A stretch of 64,000 nucleotides of DNA. Origin: Tubulanus polymorphus (taxonomy: Eukaryota > Animalia > Nemertea). The notes beneath the pieces are model-generated. The model made no database searches. It was given only the letters and a program-made list of their open reading frames with translations, and had not been told where the DNA came from. Location of the stretch: positions 10,416,001-10,480,000 of the forward strand of contig NC_134025.1 in the NCBI RefSeq assembly GCF_964204645.1. The letters run 5' to 3'. The position numbers and the translations under genes are program-made. Positions within the stretch are counted from its first letter, which is position 1. Every line of letters begins with the position of its first letter. Below, piece after piece: positions 45,807 through 59,676 of this stretch.

Positions 45807-48800
45807 CTATGCTATAGGAACTTGACTGTGTGAATGCAGAACTTAACAGACTATTTTTCCAACAACAATTCCCGATGAAACATTTCACATCGCGAATATA
45901 GGCTATACGTATATACATAATACGACGAAGCCCCCCGTCGAGTGTCTATCACAAAAATTGAAACACAATGGCAGACGTGTTTTGTCATCCGTCTGCATGA
46001 ACGGTACAAGAGAAATAGATCAACATTTGGTCAGAGGGCGATCAACCACCAGACGACGCACAAGAAACTGGTTAGCTGCACGTGTCGGTTCGGAGGGTAT
46101 CGATAACATGCGTCCACAGTCGGTGTTAGACATATAATATTATTGTGCGCGTTTTCCCATGATAAATCATCATCTCATTCGATTAGATGAACGGGAAAGA
46201 AGTGATTTTCTTAAATTCAATTTGTTCAAGAATATCGAATTACAAGTGTATAATTATCGGGACGGTTTTCGTCTGATTAATGCGTCACCCGTCCGTCACC
46301 ATCGCATCCTCGTTACAATCCCAAAGCCGGTCCATTCAAGTCTGCTGCAAAATTTAATTAGAAGGCTAATCGTTTCCGTATATTCGCCGTACTGGTTTTT
46401 ATTGGATATGCCTTATGAAATACCGCTTATTGTTGTTATGATTTATGTGCCTAAGTTTATTAGCCATTTGAAAGTTAAAATGCAGCTGGAACAATGGGAT
46501 GCCATGATAATAGGTAATTTTGTCCGCGTTCGTAGGATTATGAATGCTTAACTGCGGTTGATGAAATTAGTTTTTTTTGTGGATGAAAGATGAATTGTAT
46601 ACTATGCGTTAGAAAGATTCTTCGGTATGAGGCAGGCCTTATATCTACAATGACAACAAACCATCGTCATCCTTTCTAGTAGGCCTAAATGATACAGAAA
46701 TTTAAAGCTAGAGACATTTTTTCTTTCAGATGGCAATGCATGAATACCAAAACCGTTCACGCTATGCCGGGTACGCACCAACGTAAAAAATTTTGAGTTC
46801 TGACCAGTACAGCTGGTATGCCAGTACACCCGAACCGAATATTGAAAGGAATCCCCACTGTGTTTGGTACCTTTACTCTAGACAAAAAAGTCCAGAGAAT
46901 CCCCTATTTCATCATCAATCAGTCTCTCAGGACCGACGAATTCCATACGTATAACCGTAATTTGTTACATATTCTATTCGTAGAAGAACTATGGGAACAT
47001 TTATGGGGGACCTCTTTTCTATGCTAGGTACTATTTTTGGGGTCCTCTATCCTACGCATCTTGAAACTACAACCTAATAGTGGTCTGATGCCATACGCTT
47101 GCTGAATTATGACCGCACCAGGTCTGAGGTGACGCCTCGGTGACAATCTAAGATCGTGAACATATAGACTTGGCTAATCTAGTCTATACGTCCATGCTAA
47201 TGGCCAAACATATTATCTAAATCCAAACATCTTGTAGTTATTTCCGTACTCGTCTCCAGCCACGACTGTCACTACTTGAGCAAATTATCAATTGTTTGTC
47301 GGAAGGCGCTACTGTATATCGCGTTACTTTTCATCAACACTTTCGGGGCATCTATCCAATTTGAGGTAAAAGCCGTCCGTCGCTGCGACGCTGGCGTCGC
47401 CGCGTAATCTAGATTGGTCAATTACGGGGCTTCAGCCAATTCGCTTATCATCTACAAATTTACTGAAGCCCCTCGACAAAATAGTCAATTATAGTGCGGT
47501 GTTTTCATTTCGTAATGATATAGCGTCGCTTTCGGTTTTGATAGAACGCGTCTAACGACTAGGCAATACAAAGGCCGCGTGTTAAACACTGCGAGATGCC
47601 CATTGTTAAACCCATGATTAAAAATTACGAAGAAACATCGTACAAAATACGAACACCAAATCTCCTGGTTGTTTGTGCTTTAGTTCCAGTCCGCCAGAGA
47701 CTAGAAGAACGGATAACAGAATCATTAGCGATAAAAGTGGGTTTTTTATTAATAGTAAACTTTTTCATCCGCTTATGAGTTGAAAAGTTAGCATACCGGT
47801 ATTATGTAAAAAGTATTGTGGAAAAAATGATTTTTGATTGATGGCAAGGCGGGTTTCTTCATTTATAGAGTCCTTTGTTATTTTCGTCCCATGGATTTGG
47901 TCTATACGGTTTTCTCGCCAATTCGATACAATCGGTCCTACACAGTAATATAGGGATTTGATATAGATAACACGTTCAGCTCTTTCAAGCGTGATCCTTG
48001 AAATGTCGACGCCGGATTCGCGCTTTCTTGCTAAATTTTGTCATTATATTCTGCAACGTATCTCAGAAACTGTGCACGGTATACTATTATGCCAACTGAA
48101 ATTCTAACATAGCCGAAATCCCCGACGCGAATCTTAGACGCGATCTGGGGTTTTGACGCCGTTGTGTGTTTCTTGGACACGGGGGTAGGGGAAAGATAAT
48201 CGACGTATGAAAACATCGCAAACAGATAGTATCTCATGCATTATGGATGAAATTTTCCACCGCCGCGCCTCATGTCGAGTCTCGTTTAGATTAACTAGAA
48301 TTAGGTCCCCGCAGAGTATCGGGGCCTCGGTGGCATGTGGAAGGAGAATTATACCCTCGTCTATAGAAACCTAGTGTACAGCTATAACTGCAAATTCGGC
48401 CTGACGCATGAAAGTTGATTTCATTCAGAAAATATTCCGGCAAGATTCAAGGAAGTTATTGATTGCTACCGTCGCGAATTCTCCACTTGTAACTGACGAG
48501 ATGATGAAGATTAAAAGAAAAATATAGCTGCAAAGCAACGATGACGGGTTTTCTGCATTAGAGTTGTTCCATACACGTCCTCTTCGTAGTAAATCATTTT
48601 CTTCGTTTCTTCGTTTTATTTGTGGCGCTACAAGATTAGCATTAGCTAGACCCGCTGGCTGAGTGGCAAGAGTCTTTAGGCTGACACACGAGAGATATTG
48701 CGATTTCGAGTTTACCGAAGATTAAAAAGTAGTCGACCGATCTATCTAAGTGTCTATCTAGTCAAGGGGTAAAAAAAACGTAACTGCGACTATACGATTC

Positions 48801-49816
48801 TATACCTTACGGTAAGAGCTAGGAGCAATGGCAACATTTCATAAGCTGGGTACCTTGGACTTAGAGCCACACGGCGCGTCGTAGAAAGGGCACATCATTG
48901 ACTTAACTTCAAGATGTAAAGAATAATTTCCGTGCTAGCAGACGAAATATTTTTTACATATTTCTTTTTCGTTGTCAAAAATCACTCGTGTCAGATTAAG
49001 ACCCGGTGGTCAAGCCGAGTGTGCGTGACTCCTCGGAAAAAAGAGCTTCATTTGCATCGCGTTTTTGCTAAATATAGGAATATACTTACTCGTACAATCA
49101 AGAGGGTGGTTCATTGTTCATGCAAGGCCTTTGTGTGCGGTGCTTGCTAATCTTAGAAATCTCGGATTGAATATGACCTGTAACGCTGCAAATATGGCTA
49201 ATACCGGCGTCAACTGTACACATCGTTAGCCATAAGTAGCAGCAGCATTAAAGAGGGTCACGTCTTCCGTCAGTTGCGATAGACCGTCATGACGCCGTAG
49301 ATACCAATGACTAAACGCCCTAACTAGCTTCGTTAGTGCGTCGACGAGCTCACGTCTTCAAAAATGTCAATTTTGTTCTAAGCAAATTAGCCTTCGCTGA
49401 GCACCTTTGTATCACGCGGCGGGAGCTGACGTATCACCGTTACTGCATTCGAATTCAATAGATATATGAAGAATATACGAATTTAGAAAGAGGAACACAA
49501 CATGTGTCCGTATCATCAACGAATTTAAAAAATGAATAGACGTGGAATGCGGTAACGTCGTCTGAATGTAAAACTTGTAATTTTCACAAATTTTAACAGG
49601 CCCGTATGGGGTTCGGGGATTCCAATAACCCCACCCCCTCCCCGTTCATTGACGAAGTTCCGCCCGATGCCGGCTTTAAGTAATTTTGAGCATCGATTTC
49701 AAAAGATTCACTAATTGGTAAGATTTTTTCGTTTTCGTTCAAAACAAATTGTCGGAAAAAGAAACAAATTTTTCACCAAATATGCTAGAGGTTGCGAAAA
49801 TCTTCTGTGCGAGTAC

Positions 49817-50010
49817 TCCTAGGGGCGGGCGCAGGAAAACCCTGCTAGCCTAACCGTGGTTATTGGCTTATCCGTGGTTACGCTAACCAGATAAGAGGCC
49901 GTACTAAGACAGTGGGTAGTTAACAGCGTTTTCCTGCGTCCATTCATGCCTAACCACAGTGTACTAACCACGGTTAGCACTAACAGGGTTTTCCTGCACC
50001 CGCCCCAGGA
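49817..50010. mobile_element. Long-TIR palindromic MITE between the 3' ends of Vsx-B and Vsx-C
   Basis: About 45-bp imperfect inverted repeat TCCTAGGGGCGGGCGCAGGAAAACCCTGCTAG.CTAACCGTGGTTA / TAACCACGGTTAGCACTAACAGGGTTTTCCTGCACCCGCCCCAGGA. Confidence 0.75.
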
Positions 50011-50618
50011 CTCGGCCGTTGGGTACCTTACACAAATTTTCACTTTCGAGAATTTAGTTCCACTTCCATAAAAAAGACCCAATTTCTCCGGAAAATCATA
50101 TCTTCTGACGATTTCGTAATTAACAGCTACGTTACCTGTTACATTGTATCAATGAAGTCTTTTCAAGTGTTGTTGGGAAGTAACTTTTTTTTCTTAAACC
50201 GACGCGTGAGATATCGACGATTATGAAAATCAATCAGAAAAAAGAAAGCGAATACTTCATTGGCAGTAAACATTAAATTATATTCTTTATTTACATTTAA
50301 TCCATTAGAATATCTAATAATCATTTGCTTTACACGTATATTCACAGAAATCTGAATAGAGCGTTGAAAATAAAATCACAAATACGTTATTTAGCTTCTA
50401 ACCAATAAATAATACAATGACGCCCATTCACTCGATTCAAAATCGACAAAATACTACGAATTTTCATATACAGGACTATCGACGGATAAAATGATCCTTA
50501 TCCAACGATTATTTTAAACGAAAACAATGACTTGGATACTAGTATACATAACGTGTGCACATTTAGATAATCGAAAATTGTTTATTAAGATTGAGATATT
50601 AACAAACTCCACTATTCA

Positions 50619-53600
50619 TCAGCTATCCATATCCACTATTTCATCTTCATCGCCATCGTTGTCGCCCTTATCTTCATCGCTATCGGAAATGCCTGTTTTA
50701 TTCGGAACGTAATTCGGCCGTGTCGAGTCCGGGGATAAATCGTTAGCAGAGTTCGTTACGTTTATTATTTCGTCCGTGTCGGATTCCGCATCCGCATCGG
50801 CGCCTGCGTGCGACGCCGATTTCATCGCTTCGAGAACTTTCGCGCTGTATTCTTGCGCTTTAGCGCGCAACGCGGCGATGCTTTCCGATTTCAGTTCGTT
50901 TTTGTCCCTTTCGTTTTTGTCGGCGGTCAAACTTTCGTCGGATACCGATAAATCATGGGCGTTCATTTTTTCGGCTGCTTCTTGGGATTTTTTGTGCATG
51001 CCTAAAAAATAAATAATATAACAGGTTCTTAATGTCCGAGTCCAGCTGTCGACATATATATTCCCTTTATCTTTAGGATTAACCATTAAACGGTCTGGTT
51101 TGTCAACGGTCATTTTGATTTTCAGCGGCTTTATCCAAAATTTGATTCATCGCCTTTTTATACCATGACCGTGGCAGCTATTAATAAACCATGGTGGTTT
51201 GAGAAAAGACATAAAATAGCGCTAAAGAAATGATATGAAAATATCCCCATTTTGTCAAAATGGTGATGGTGAAAATATGACCGAAGTAGGTATCTAAACA
51301 GGTGCTGCCTTTTCTCGTCAAGAAAAAGCGGAAAGATTATCGCCTTGAATGTACAATGTGTAAGGTTATCGCTTTCGATAAGTGAAATAGATGGAAAAAT
51401 TTCGACTAATTGAACTGCTATTGAAGAGGGGCTGTAAGAAGGTTGATTCATTTAAAAAAAGGAAAGGAACGAAAAGGTAATGCGGGCTGTCTTAGGTTTT
51501 GAGTACGGACAGGTGTGCTAAGCACCCGAGGGTTAGGACACATCTTGTAATGCGTATGAAATTGACGAACTATTTTCGTATTATGCTCGTAAATAGCAGA
51601 TTAAATGCTTCACACAGATTTTAATGGTGTATCAAATCATCTACAACAGAACATCCAATAAACCGAATAGAAATCCGTGTTGCTTCATTAAGTGGCTGAT
51701 TTAATCATGTCTTTATGCGACTATAAATAATTTCGTATTCTATGTTATTCTAACAGCATATGTTCACTCCAAAACTTAGCTCCCGAAGCAAAATGCAATT
51801 CGCATGGTTTTGAATGCGCAGCGACAATAGATCGTCATCGCCGAGCGCCTTGGGCCATCTTTCAAATATAGGATCCGTAGTCTAATGAAGGGGTTTTAGT
51901 GTTTATTCTTCACGGGTTATAAGGGAGAATTCACGCGCACATAAGAGGACTGGACTTTTCTAAGCAGCCTGACTTCATGGAGCCAAAACATTTCTCAAGT
52001 GTTTCGGACCAGCCCATTTTCGGAGATCGTGAGACGCGGCGTTCCGCGCGAGAAAGCGCCGTGAATTGAAGTTGTCTTCGAGCCATTAAGAAAAAAAATC
52101 ACCGTAAAGAATGTCGAACAAGAAATGGTAGCCAATGGTTGCCGCTTCATTTCCGACAAACATAATTCTATTGAATAAAACGTGTACGAGATATTAAGTG
52201 CGACGTTGACATTTTTAAGCGAATTTGGTTGCTTCGTAACAAAGGTGTTGGCTGGACGTTGATGGTTGGGAACCGTTGGTGTAATAGCAAGAAAGGTTGA
52301 AATGAACTACGTTACTTACTCAGTAACCACGGAGCGGGTTCCTCTTCTTCGTCTTTGCTTTTAAGTATCGTTTCCGGAAGCGGCAGGGAATGTCTGACCA
52401 TGGCGCCGTACAGGCCGTACTCGGCCATGATGCTACTTTTGCCCCATTTCTTTTCGGTTTTTCGCCACTTCGCTCGGCGATTCTGGAACCACACCTGTAA
52501 CGACATACCCGTCGGAAACATAAGCTACCTGAATATCGAACGAGATGAAAGAACACTGGCGTCGAAGTTCAAACGAACGCGAAAAACAAAGTCGACATTG
52601 TCTACAAAACGCAAGTCAATTATTGCATTAGTTACAGATCGCATTTGATCCGAACTTTTTGTATATACTGGCGATCGATATCCACGATTCTTTTTTTTTG
52701 TCGTAGCGAATAATGGTTTTATCTCGAATTTAAGTAAGCTATTGATATATTAGTGCGCGAGTGAAGAGACCATTCTTCTAACTTCGTAGTTTTCAAGTAC
52801 GAGTATAATAGGAAGTTCCGGTGACTGGTGAATGTGTAACACGAGGGCGTCAAATTTGTCGGAACGACGTACAAACGATGCTAAGATCGGAAATCGTCAC
52901 GAAGAGCTCGGCGCTTGTCCGGAAATCTTTAGAATATCGACGCTCAATGGAAATTGCCAATTACCAGGTAGAATATACGGGCGTAATATCCTAATTATCG
53001 GGGTATCGAGGGTTTGGACGGGATCGATCGTCCGCCACGTTTTTCGCCAAGTCGACATTGTTTTAATTACCTCGCGAACGAGTAGAAAAGCACGACCGTA
53101 CAAAAGGCAATTATATTTGAGGCGTTGTGTCACAAGCAACCGGCATTGACTTGGACGACTGGGGGTAAGATTGAATTGGTCACGCCCGACACTGAAGTCA
53201 ATGAACTATAAGCTACTTCTGATACATCTCAAGTACCTGATACAGGCTTTCGTTCGTCAAAGTTGATGGCACTTATTAGCGAAGATTTTCTAATGCCCTC
53301 GATTTGTCAAGTGGTATACATCGCCTTGTAAGTAATTATCATCGTTTTCAAGATGTTTCTTCTGCTTTCGTTACAATACCACACCGCACACTCTGATAAT
53401 CGAAGTTACGCAAGTTCTTATACAACGAAATTCGTTGTTTCGTGAATTCTTGTCCTATACACAACAGATGTTACAAACTCTGAGAAAAACTAGCTGACAT
53501 ATTTCAAACTCACAACTCCGCCTGAACGAGTTTCTAATATATAAAATTTTGTCAAATACGTATAATGTCTAGCTATATTACGGATATGCGGCAACGCTAC

Positions 53601-56600
53601 CCGATTTACAAAATAGAGCAACCCATGTGAACATAAGTTGCGATGTGAAAATTCCTAATTAGACCGTTCAAAATGTGTCGTTTTCCCAAGAGCTTCAAAC
53701 ACGCAACAATGAACCGAGAAGCCCGACCCGAATTCGGAATCAAAGCCCGCATATTACAATCGAAATTGGCCACCTATAAAGGCACCGCATCAGAAATAAA
53801 TTGATCATCGTTAATTAAAATGTTCCAGTCAGTCAGCTTGGACGAAACCGCATCGTATACCCGATTGATCTCTCGGCGGGAGAGGATACCGGCATAAACT
53901 GTCTTTTTTATCGCGTTATCGACTGAACAACGGTCAATGCGCCGCCATCCTTTTGTTCCCGCTTCAGAAATCGAGTGATAAAGCGCAAAACCTGCAGCAT
54001 CAATTGCAGTTTTCATTTTCATTACTATCGCGTGCATATATGTAATTAGACATCATAAAATGTTATTGCACGCAAAAAAGATTAATTTCAGGGATAAGGT
54101 TAAGTGTCCGTATGCCATCATTAAATACTTATGAATCATTCTTTAGAAAATAACTCATTCGAACCTGAGAGTTCAGGTTCAATGATCCACTTCGGAAAAA
54201 CTGGATAGACTATTTGATAAGACTTCTTGTGTTTGGGTACTTCATCAAGAATTCCGGCCCAAAGAGTGCATCCTGGCATCGTCGCATCCACTATGATTAA
54301 TACTTATTCCTTCGCCATTTTAAATTTTATCAACTTGGAAGAATATTATCTGATGTATACGTTAATCATTTTCTATCTAGTTTGATGCCGATTTATTTAA
54401 TGACCTTTAATGACCAAGACAGGTTGTTACTGTTAAAATTCGCGAGATACGCGAACAGCGATCTGTTAATGCTCTTGAAATATATATTGGACTGATTTCC
54501 GCGGAAAGAATAGGAGAAAAATCGGATCCAGTTCTGTGTCAATTTTGACCCTAGAGTTAAAACATTGAAAATGAACTGATTTTAACTCTAACTCTAAATC
54601 ACAACTGTGGAGCCGGGCCCTGTAGTTTAAATTAAAGATTTATTTACCTGTATTCGGTCTTCTGGTAGATCGGTTTTAAGAGACAAAACCTCCCTCGCGT
54701 ACACGTCGGGATAATGCGCATCTCCAAATGCTTTTTCTAATTCTTCCAACTGGTAACTAGTGAATATCGTCCTGTGTGATACAGTAAAATAAGGAAAAAA
54801 CTGTTGAAATCGCAACGAAAGCCTATGTTTCAAAATTCCAGTGACATTGTTATCATCTGAAACGGACTTATTTGAACTCTAGGGCAATAATCGAATTTTC
54901 AATGAATAAAAAGATGCGCATATAATTAAGGAAAACTTTAAGAAATTGGCCTATTCTTTGGTAGGCGGTTTTTTTAACGACAGCCGCGACTGTGCTATAA
55001 ATGATAATGGATCCTTTATAACTTCCAGTCAACTTGGCGCATAAGTTTCAGTGCCTGGTTTTTCTGAATTTGACGCTTTACACCCACAAAATGTTCGAAT
55101 AATTAGGAAATAAGCGAGGAAATGGGAAAGAACGCGCGTTAGTCATGCTATCTGGCTGACCGGCAAATCAAACCGGGCCTCATTGTCTACAGCCGCTTTC
55201 CCGCGCTCTTAATCCGTTAAAAGGCGTCGTCAAGATTTCCATATTCCTTTCGGCGATTAATTATGAAAAACGGGCATGCCAGGGATGCCCCAGTTGGTGG
55301 TGGTGGTGCGAGCACAAGCGCTAATAGATTGCAAATAGGCGACGGTTTTTATATGAATCGAAATATTTTCATCAAGTCTAGCTCTCAGTACGATTTGCCC
55401 GGAGTGAAATCATGTTTCAACATCATGTACATATTAGAATTTAACCAGGCAGACATCTTTCAAATGCAGAAACCTGGAACCAGTTGCATAGTCATGGCTT
55501 AGGTTTAGACCATCCCAGACCATCGTAGTTCCATAACCAATCTAACAACAAGACCAGTCTTAAGACCACTTTTGAGTCATGACTGTGCAACATGGCCCTG
55601 ATCCAGTTGCCCCCCGCAGTTGTGAATTAGTTCATTTTCAATTAGTTAACTCCTAAATCAAATCTTAACGTAGAACTGTGCCCTGGAGGTTTGGGGATTA
55701 TTTTACTAAACAGTTTTCTTCAACTTGACAATCAATATCTTACCTGTGTCTTCGCTTCTTTTTCTTCTTTTTGTTCGAAAGACTTTGCTGTAGGTTTTTA
55801 ACTTCGTGACATTCCTCGAGCGTATCTGGAATGAAAAATGTATTTTTCATGACAATGCACGGACTTTCACTTCAGTTTTATAAAATGGTTGTTATACTTT
55901 GCACGGGTTGTTTGTACACGACCGAGTACTAAGACAACTACTCTTTTGAACGCTAATGTTGGTGAAAAATAAAGCTACAGCGTTTATTTTGTTATAGATC
56001 ACAGCAAAGCATAAGTAGTCAAATATTTACTAGACATGCATCTCGTTTTATAAACAGAACGGAGCAAGAGATCCCATCAGAAAAGATGACTGCAGGCCTC
56101 CGTTTGATAGGCATCACTGATATGACAGTGGAAATGATAAAAAACTTCAAGTTGAGTTAAGCGTCAGTGAATGAAATCAAGGCAATTTGATGATGGGATT
56201 TATGGTGTATGGAGACAGCTCGTCATAGCAAAAAGTATTCAACAAATCTTATTTCTTTTTAAGAAACAGTCGCCGTCTAAGTCTGTATACTGTCGATCTT
56301 AACAACGATATTTCATTATCCGATGCTTAATTAGTTAAATCATAGGCATCGCGTGTTACGGCGCTCAAATGCACGCCTCGTTGGTAAATGCTGCATTGGC
56401 GCTGTTCGAACGGCATTGTGTTTGATGTAGCTTGCGTGACCACTGCCGAATCGGCAGAAAAATCCGGACATATTAGTGCGATCCGTTAACGCCGAGAATC
56501 TTTGTTGTGCGTATTAGCAACTGCAACTAATGCAGAAAGCAACTTGATTAAATGGTAATAAGACGGGCGACGGAGCGGTAAAATTGGCCGAGATTTTTTA

Positions 56601-59600
56601 CGCAATTGCACCCGCACCCGCAGGTTCATATGGAGCGGCTGATCGAGGGCAAAGCAAAAATATCGAACAAACTACCGCACAGAAGTCGCAAGATATCAGT
56701 AAAATTTCATTGTATGTTATTTCAGTATTGAGCAATGATGTAGAGGACAAAAGCCGCCATTTCAATGGAATTTACAGTATAATAGGCTTCATAATTTGAG
56801 AGCGTACGGCCCCTCACACCTAATGGAAAATACCAATAATATCTATAGGTCACTTTAATGAAATCTTGAACATTTCTAGGTTCTATCTTTGCTAATCAAT
56901 CTCGTCAAATTTGGGAAGATTGCGCTACACAATTAAAATGAAAGTAGTCTTCCATCAGCGTTTAACCAAATGAATCAAATGGAAATGCTTGAAATACAAA
57001 TGCACACAAATCCTTTGCAAATACTAATGATGGATTCGCAGAACTTGTTCACTCAACAAGAAATTTACTGAATAAGATATTGCATCTCTTCAAAAGAATT
57101 ACCGAATTCCCAACGACCTTGCTGAAAGTAGATCGCATGGAGAAGAAACTTATCACGATGTCAGTGAATGACGAAGTCATAAGTCCATATTCGGGGCCGC
57201 GGTTTCTCGATCATCGCATATGGAAAATAGTAATTTTTTCAAGAGGACAGAAGCGTCTATTAGGCAATGAGTTTATCATCGATTTAGCGAGTTATCGCGC
57301 TCGTCAACACAACAAGAGGAGAGGCGGATGGAACTTCATGTGTTTGACGACGAGTTGCACTCGAGTACGGAACTTGTATCGGGATCACAAACGACGCAAT
57401 CACAGTTTCAATTATATCCAATTAATCACTATTTGAACTGTCACTGACGATGATGTTAAAACCAACACTAAACTGTCTCCGCAATTATGACGAATTAATT
57501 AATATCGCGCAGTGGGAGAAATAGCGAAAACGGCTTCTTGATATTGATGTAACACATATACACACAATACAGGAAGAGAGACAAGTATCAACCCTCCTTA
57601 ATACCACCCTTGCGGATGCGTCAAGTGTCGACATCATATTTAGGTTTTCCTAAATTCATAATTCAATTGAAATCTATTTCCGAGGAAGAATTCTTGAGTT
57701 GTCAGACGATTCAAATGGCAATTGCCCATGCAGTACCAAAAACTAATACTTGATTTTGCAAATAAATAACGTTTTCAGCGTGCACAATGGCCTTGTCGTA
57801 AACTCTCTCTGACTTCAATTATAAACGAAAGTTTGGAACTTAAGGATAACAAGATATAAATATATATATATCTTAGAATTCTTTACTGTATCAAATATAA
57901 AATTAGGGGAAATAAAGAATAAAGACATAACTCTGTGACTATTTCGATGATAAAGCCTTCAAAATATCTCCATACATTTTTTCAGAGGACATTACATTGA
58001 AAATTCAGCTCGTAAACAAGGACGTAAGATATTGATGCTGCGACTTGTTGAGCCAAGATACTGGGCTAACGCTGTATTCTTAGGTACGTGTCGACCTCAA
58101 CTTGTCCCCTGCCCGTTCACACGGCTACCCCGGCTATATAGTGAAATAATTAAACTCACTGAAATAGGGAAGTCCCACTGCGCTGTCGCACAATTACCTT
58201 TTCTAAACCACCCGAATAACACTTTATTCATTCGCTTCCCGTCGTTTTACACAGAGCGTCGTCGTTTTGTACTTTTGGTCCAGAAATTCGTACGCTATAT
58301 ACCCGAGCCTTAAAATCCCGAAGTCCCGCCGCGAGTTGCGAATAAGTTCCCATTGGTTCAAACCACGAATAACGTATTGGACCAGATCCGTCCTGCGGGG
58401 CTCTTTTGAGACGCTTGCGTGCGCCCCTTAATTAACAGGGGTATTTTATAATAAGCCAGAGCAAGATCGAAATGGAAAGGTCTATAGTTGAAATAGACAC
58501 TTATGTAGACAACACCTACTTCATGTGTAATACGCAAAGTTTAGTGTCTTGCCGTGATTCTTAATAGAGTTTTTACGTACTAGATAATATACTTGCACGA
58601 ACACAGCGCTCGGATCGTCCAAATTGGCTTATTTCGGTAAACACGCGTAACAGAGCCGTAATGAATGACTATTCCGAGACACAGCGGTCGCCGCTGTACA
58701 GCACAGTAATGGGGCATTACATTTTTGTCAACTTATCTATGACGAGGACAAACATATTCAATTTGGTCAATTATGACGATCGATGATTTTTCAATAGAGC
58801 GTATTTAATTCAATTTCGTCTAGTAGGTCTTTGAAAAAACAAGCCAGTAGATTATTGTCGAGCCCAAATATACGCAAATGGATTCATCTTAATACATCTT
58901 AGTCCTCCAAAACCAATCCAAATACATATTTGGAGAGATTTGGGTCAGAATTTGGCAACTTTTTTGACAAAAAGTTCGATGTCCAATATAACTTTGTTTT
59001 ACGTGAACAGAGACGCAATTTGTATCCTTTGTAACAGTTCCAGAGGATGCAAATTGGATCTCTGCATGGAGTTGAATGAAAATGAACGCTTATGTAAATA
59101 TGATTGCTATAGACTCTCCGGGTCCTGCAGTTTTTATATGATATCTTTTAATCTTTTATGCCCATAATTCATAGCATCTTTTACGATAAACAATTGAAAA
59201 ATATATGAAAATAATTAACCTTTTCGTATATTTACGTATATATCGACATTAAAAACCGTTGTACAAATTTCACCAGCGATCCCAAGAAAGCGATTCGAAG
59301 TACCAATGGGATATTTATGAATCTTACCTCGGTTTTCTGAAAGTGGTCTGTAGAGTTCTCCGTTTTGACTTAGATTCAGCATACTCTGTACTGAATGCGC
59401 AGGACTCGACAGCGCCATGATCGCCGATGGCCATGATACAACCGGCGCCGAATGGGGGTCGATCCCGACCCTGCTCGTGTACATCGGGTTCGTCAAAAGA
59501 GCTTCGTGATGTTTGCTTGTCAGCGTACTGAACGGGCGTTCGTGGGCCCGGTTAAGTCCTAGAAGTTCTTGAATAGCAAACGATGACCGCGGATGCGAGT

Positions 59601-59676
59601 TGTAGGTATTCGAAATCGCTTCGACTATTCCTCCGGCCCCGGTTCCATGCGGTAACGGGTAAGCCAAATTCATCAT
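50619..59676 (-). CDS. Vsx: Visual system homeobox protein (Vsx family), paralogue C
   Basis: Minus-strand exons: 59676-59328 (eh1 [11 protein letters not shown]), 55825-55744 ([10 protein letters not shown]), 54771-54648 ([22 protein letters not shown]), 52494-52320 ([12 protein letters not shown] plus CVC), 51001-50619 (MHKKS; [17 protein letters not shown]; acidic tail; stop). GT-AG introns with the same phases as A and B. Confidence 0.95.
54523..54620. mobile_element. Degenerate CCAGTTCCACA-family MITE in Vsx-C intron 3
   Basis: GGATCCAGTTC...CATTGAAAATGAACT..TTTAACTCTAACTCTAAATCACAACTGTGGAGCCGGGCCC resembles the 8146 and 15431 copies. Confidence 0.65.
55474..55685. mobile_element. Two abutting MITEs in Vsx-C intron 2
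   Basis: 55474-55600 has TIR CCAGTTGCATAGTCATGGCT / AGTCATGACTGTGCAACATGG. 55601-55685 is a degenerate CCAGTTCCACA-family copy (TTAGTTCATTTTCAAT..GTTAACTC..AAATCTTAA). Confidence 0.65.

Noticed and set aside
46159-47027. ORFs of 69-130 aa as a possible retroelement remnant
   Set aside because: No RT, endonuclease or transposase motif is recognisable.
50776-52648. Plus-strand ORFs at 50776-51012 and 52355-52648
   Set aside because: They are antisense shadows of Vsx-C exons 5 and 4.
22351-54771. The three Vsx copies as uncollapsed haplotypes or pseudogenes
   Set aside because: Introns and exon 1 are unalignable, many synonymous sites differ, and all frames and splice sites are intact.
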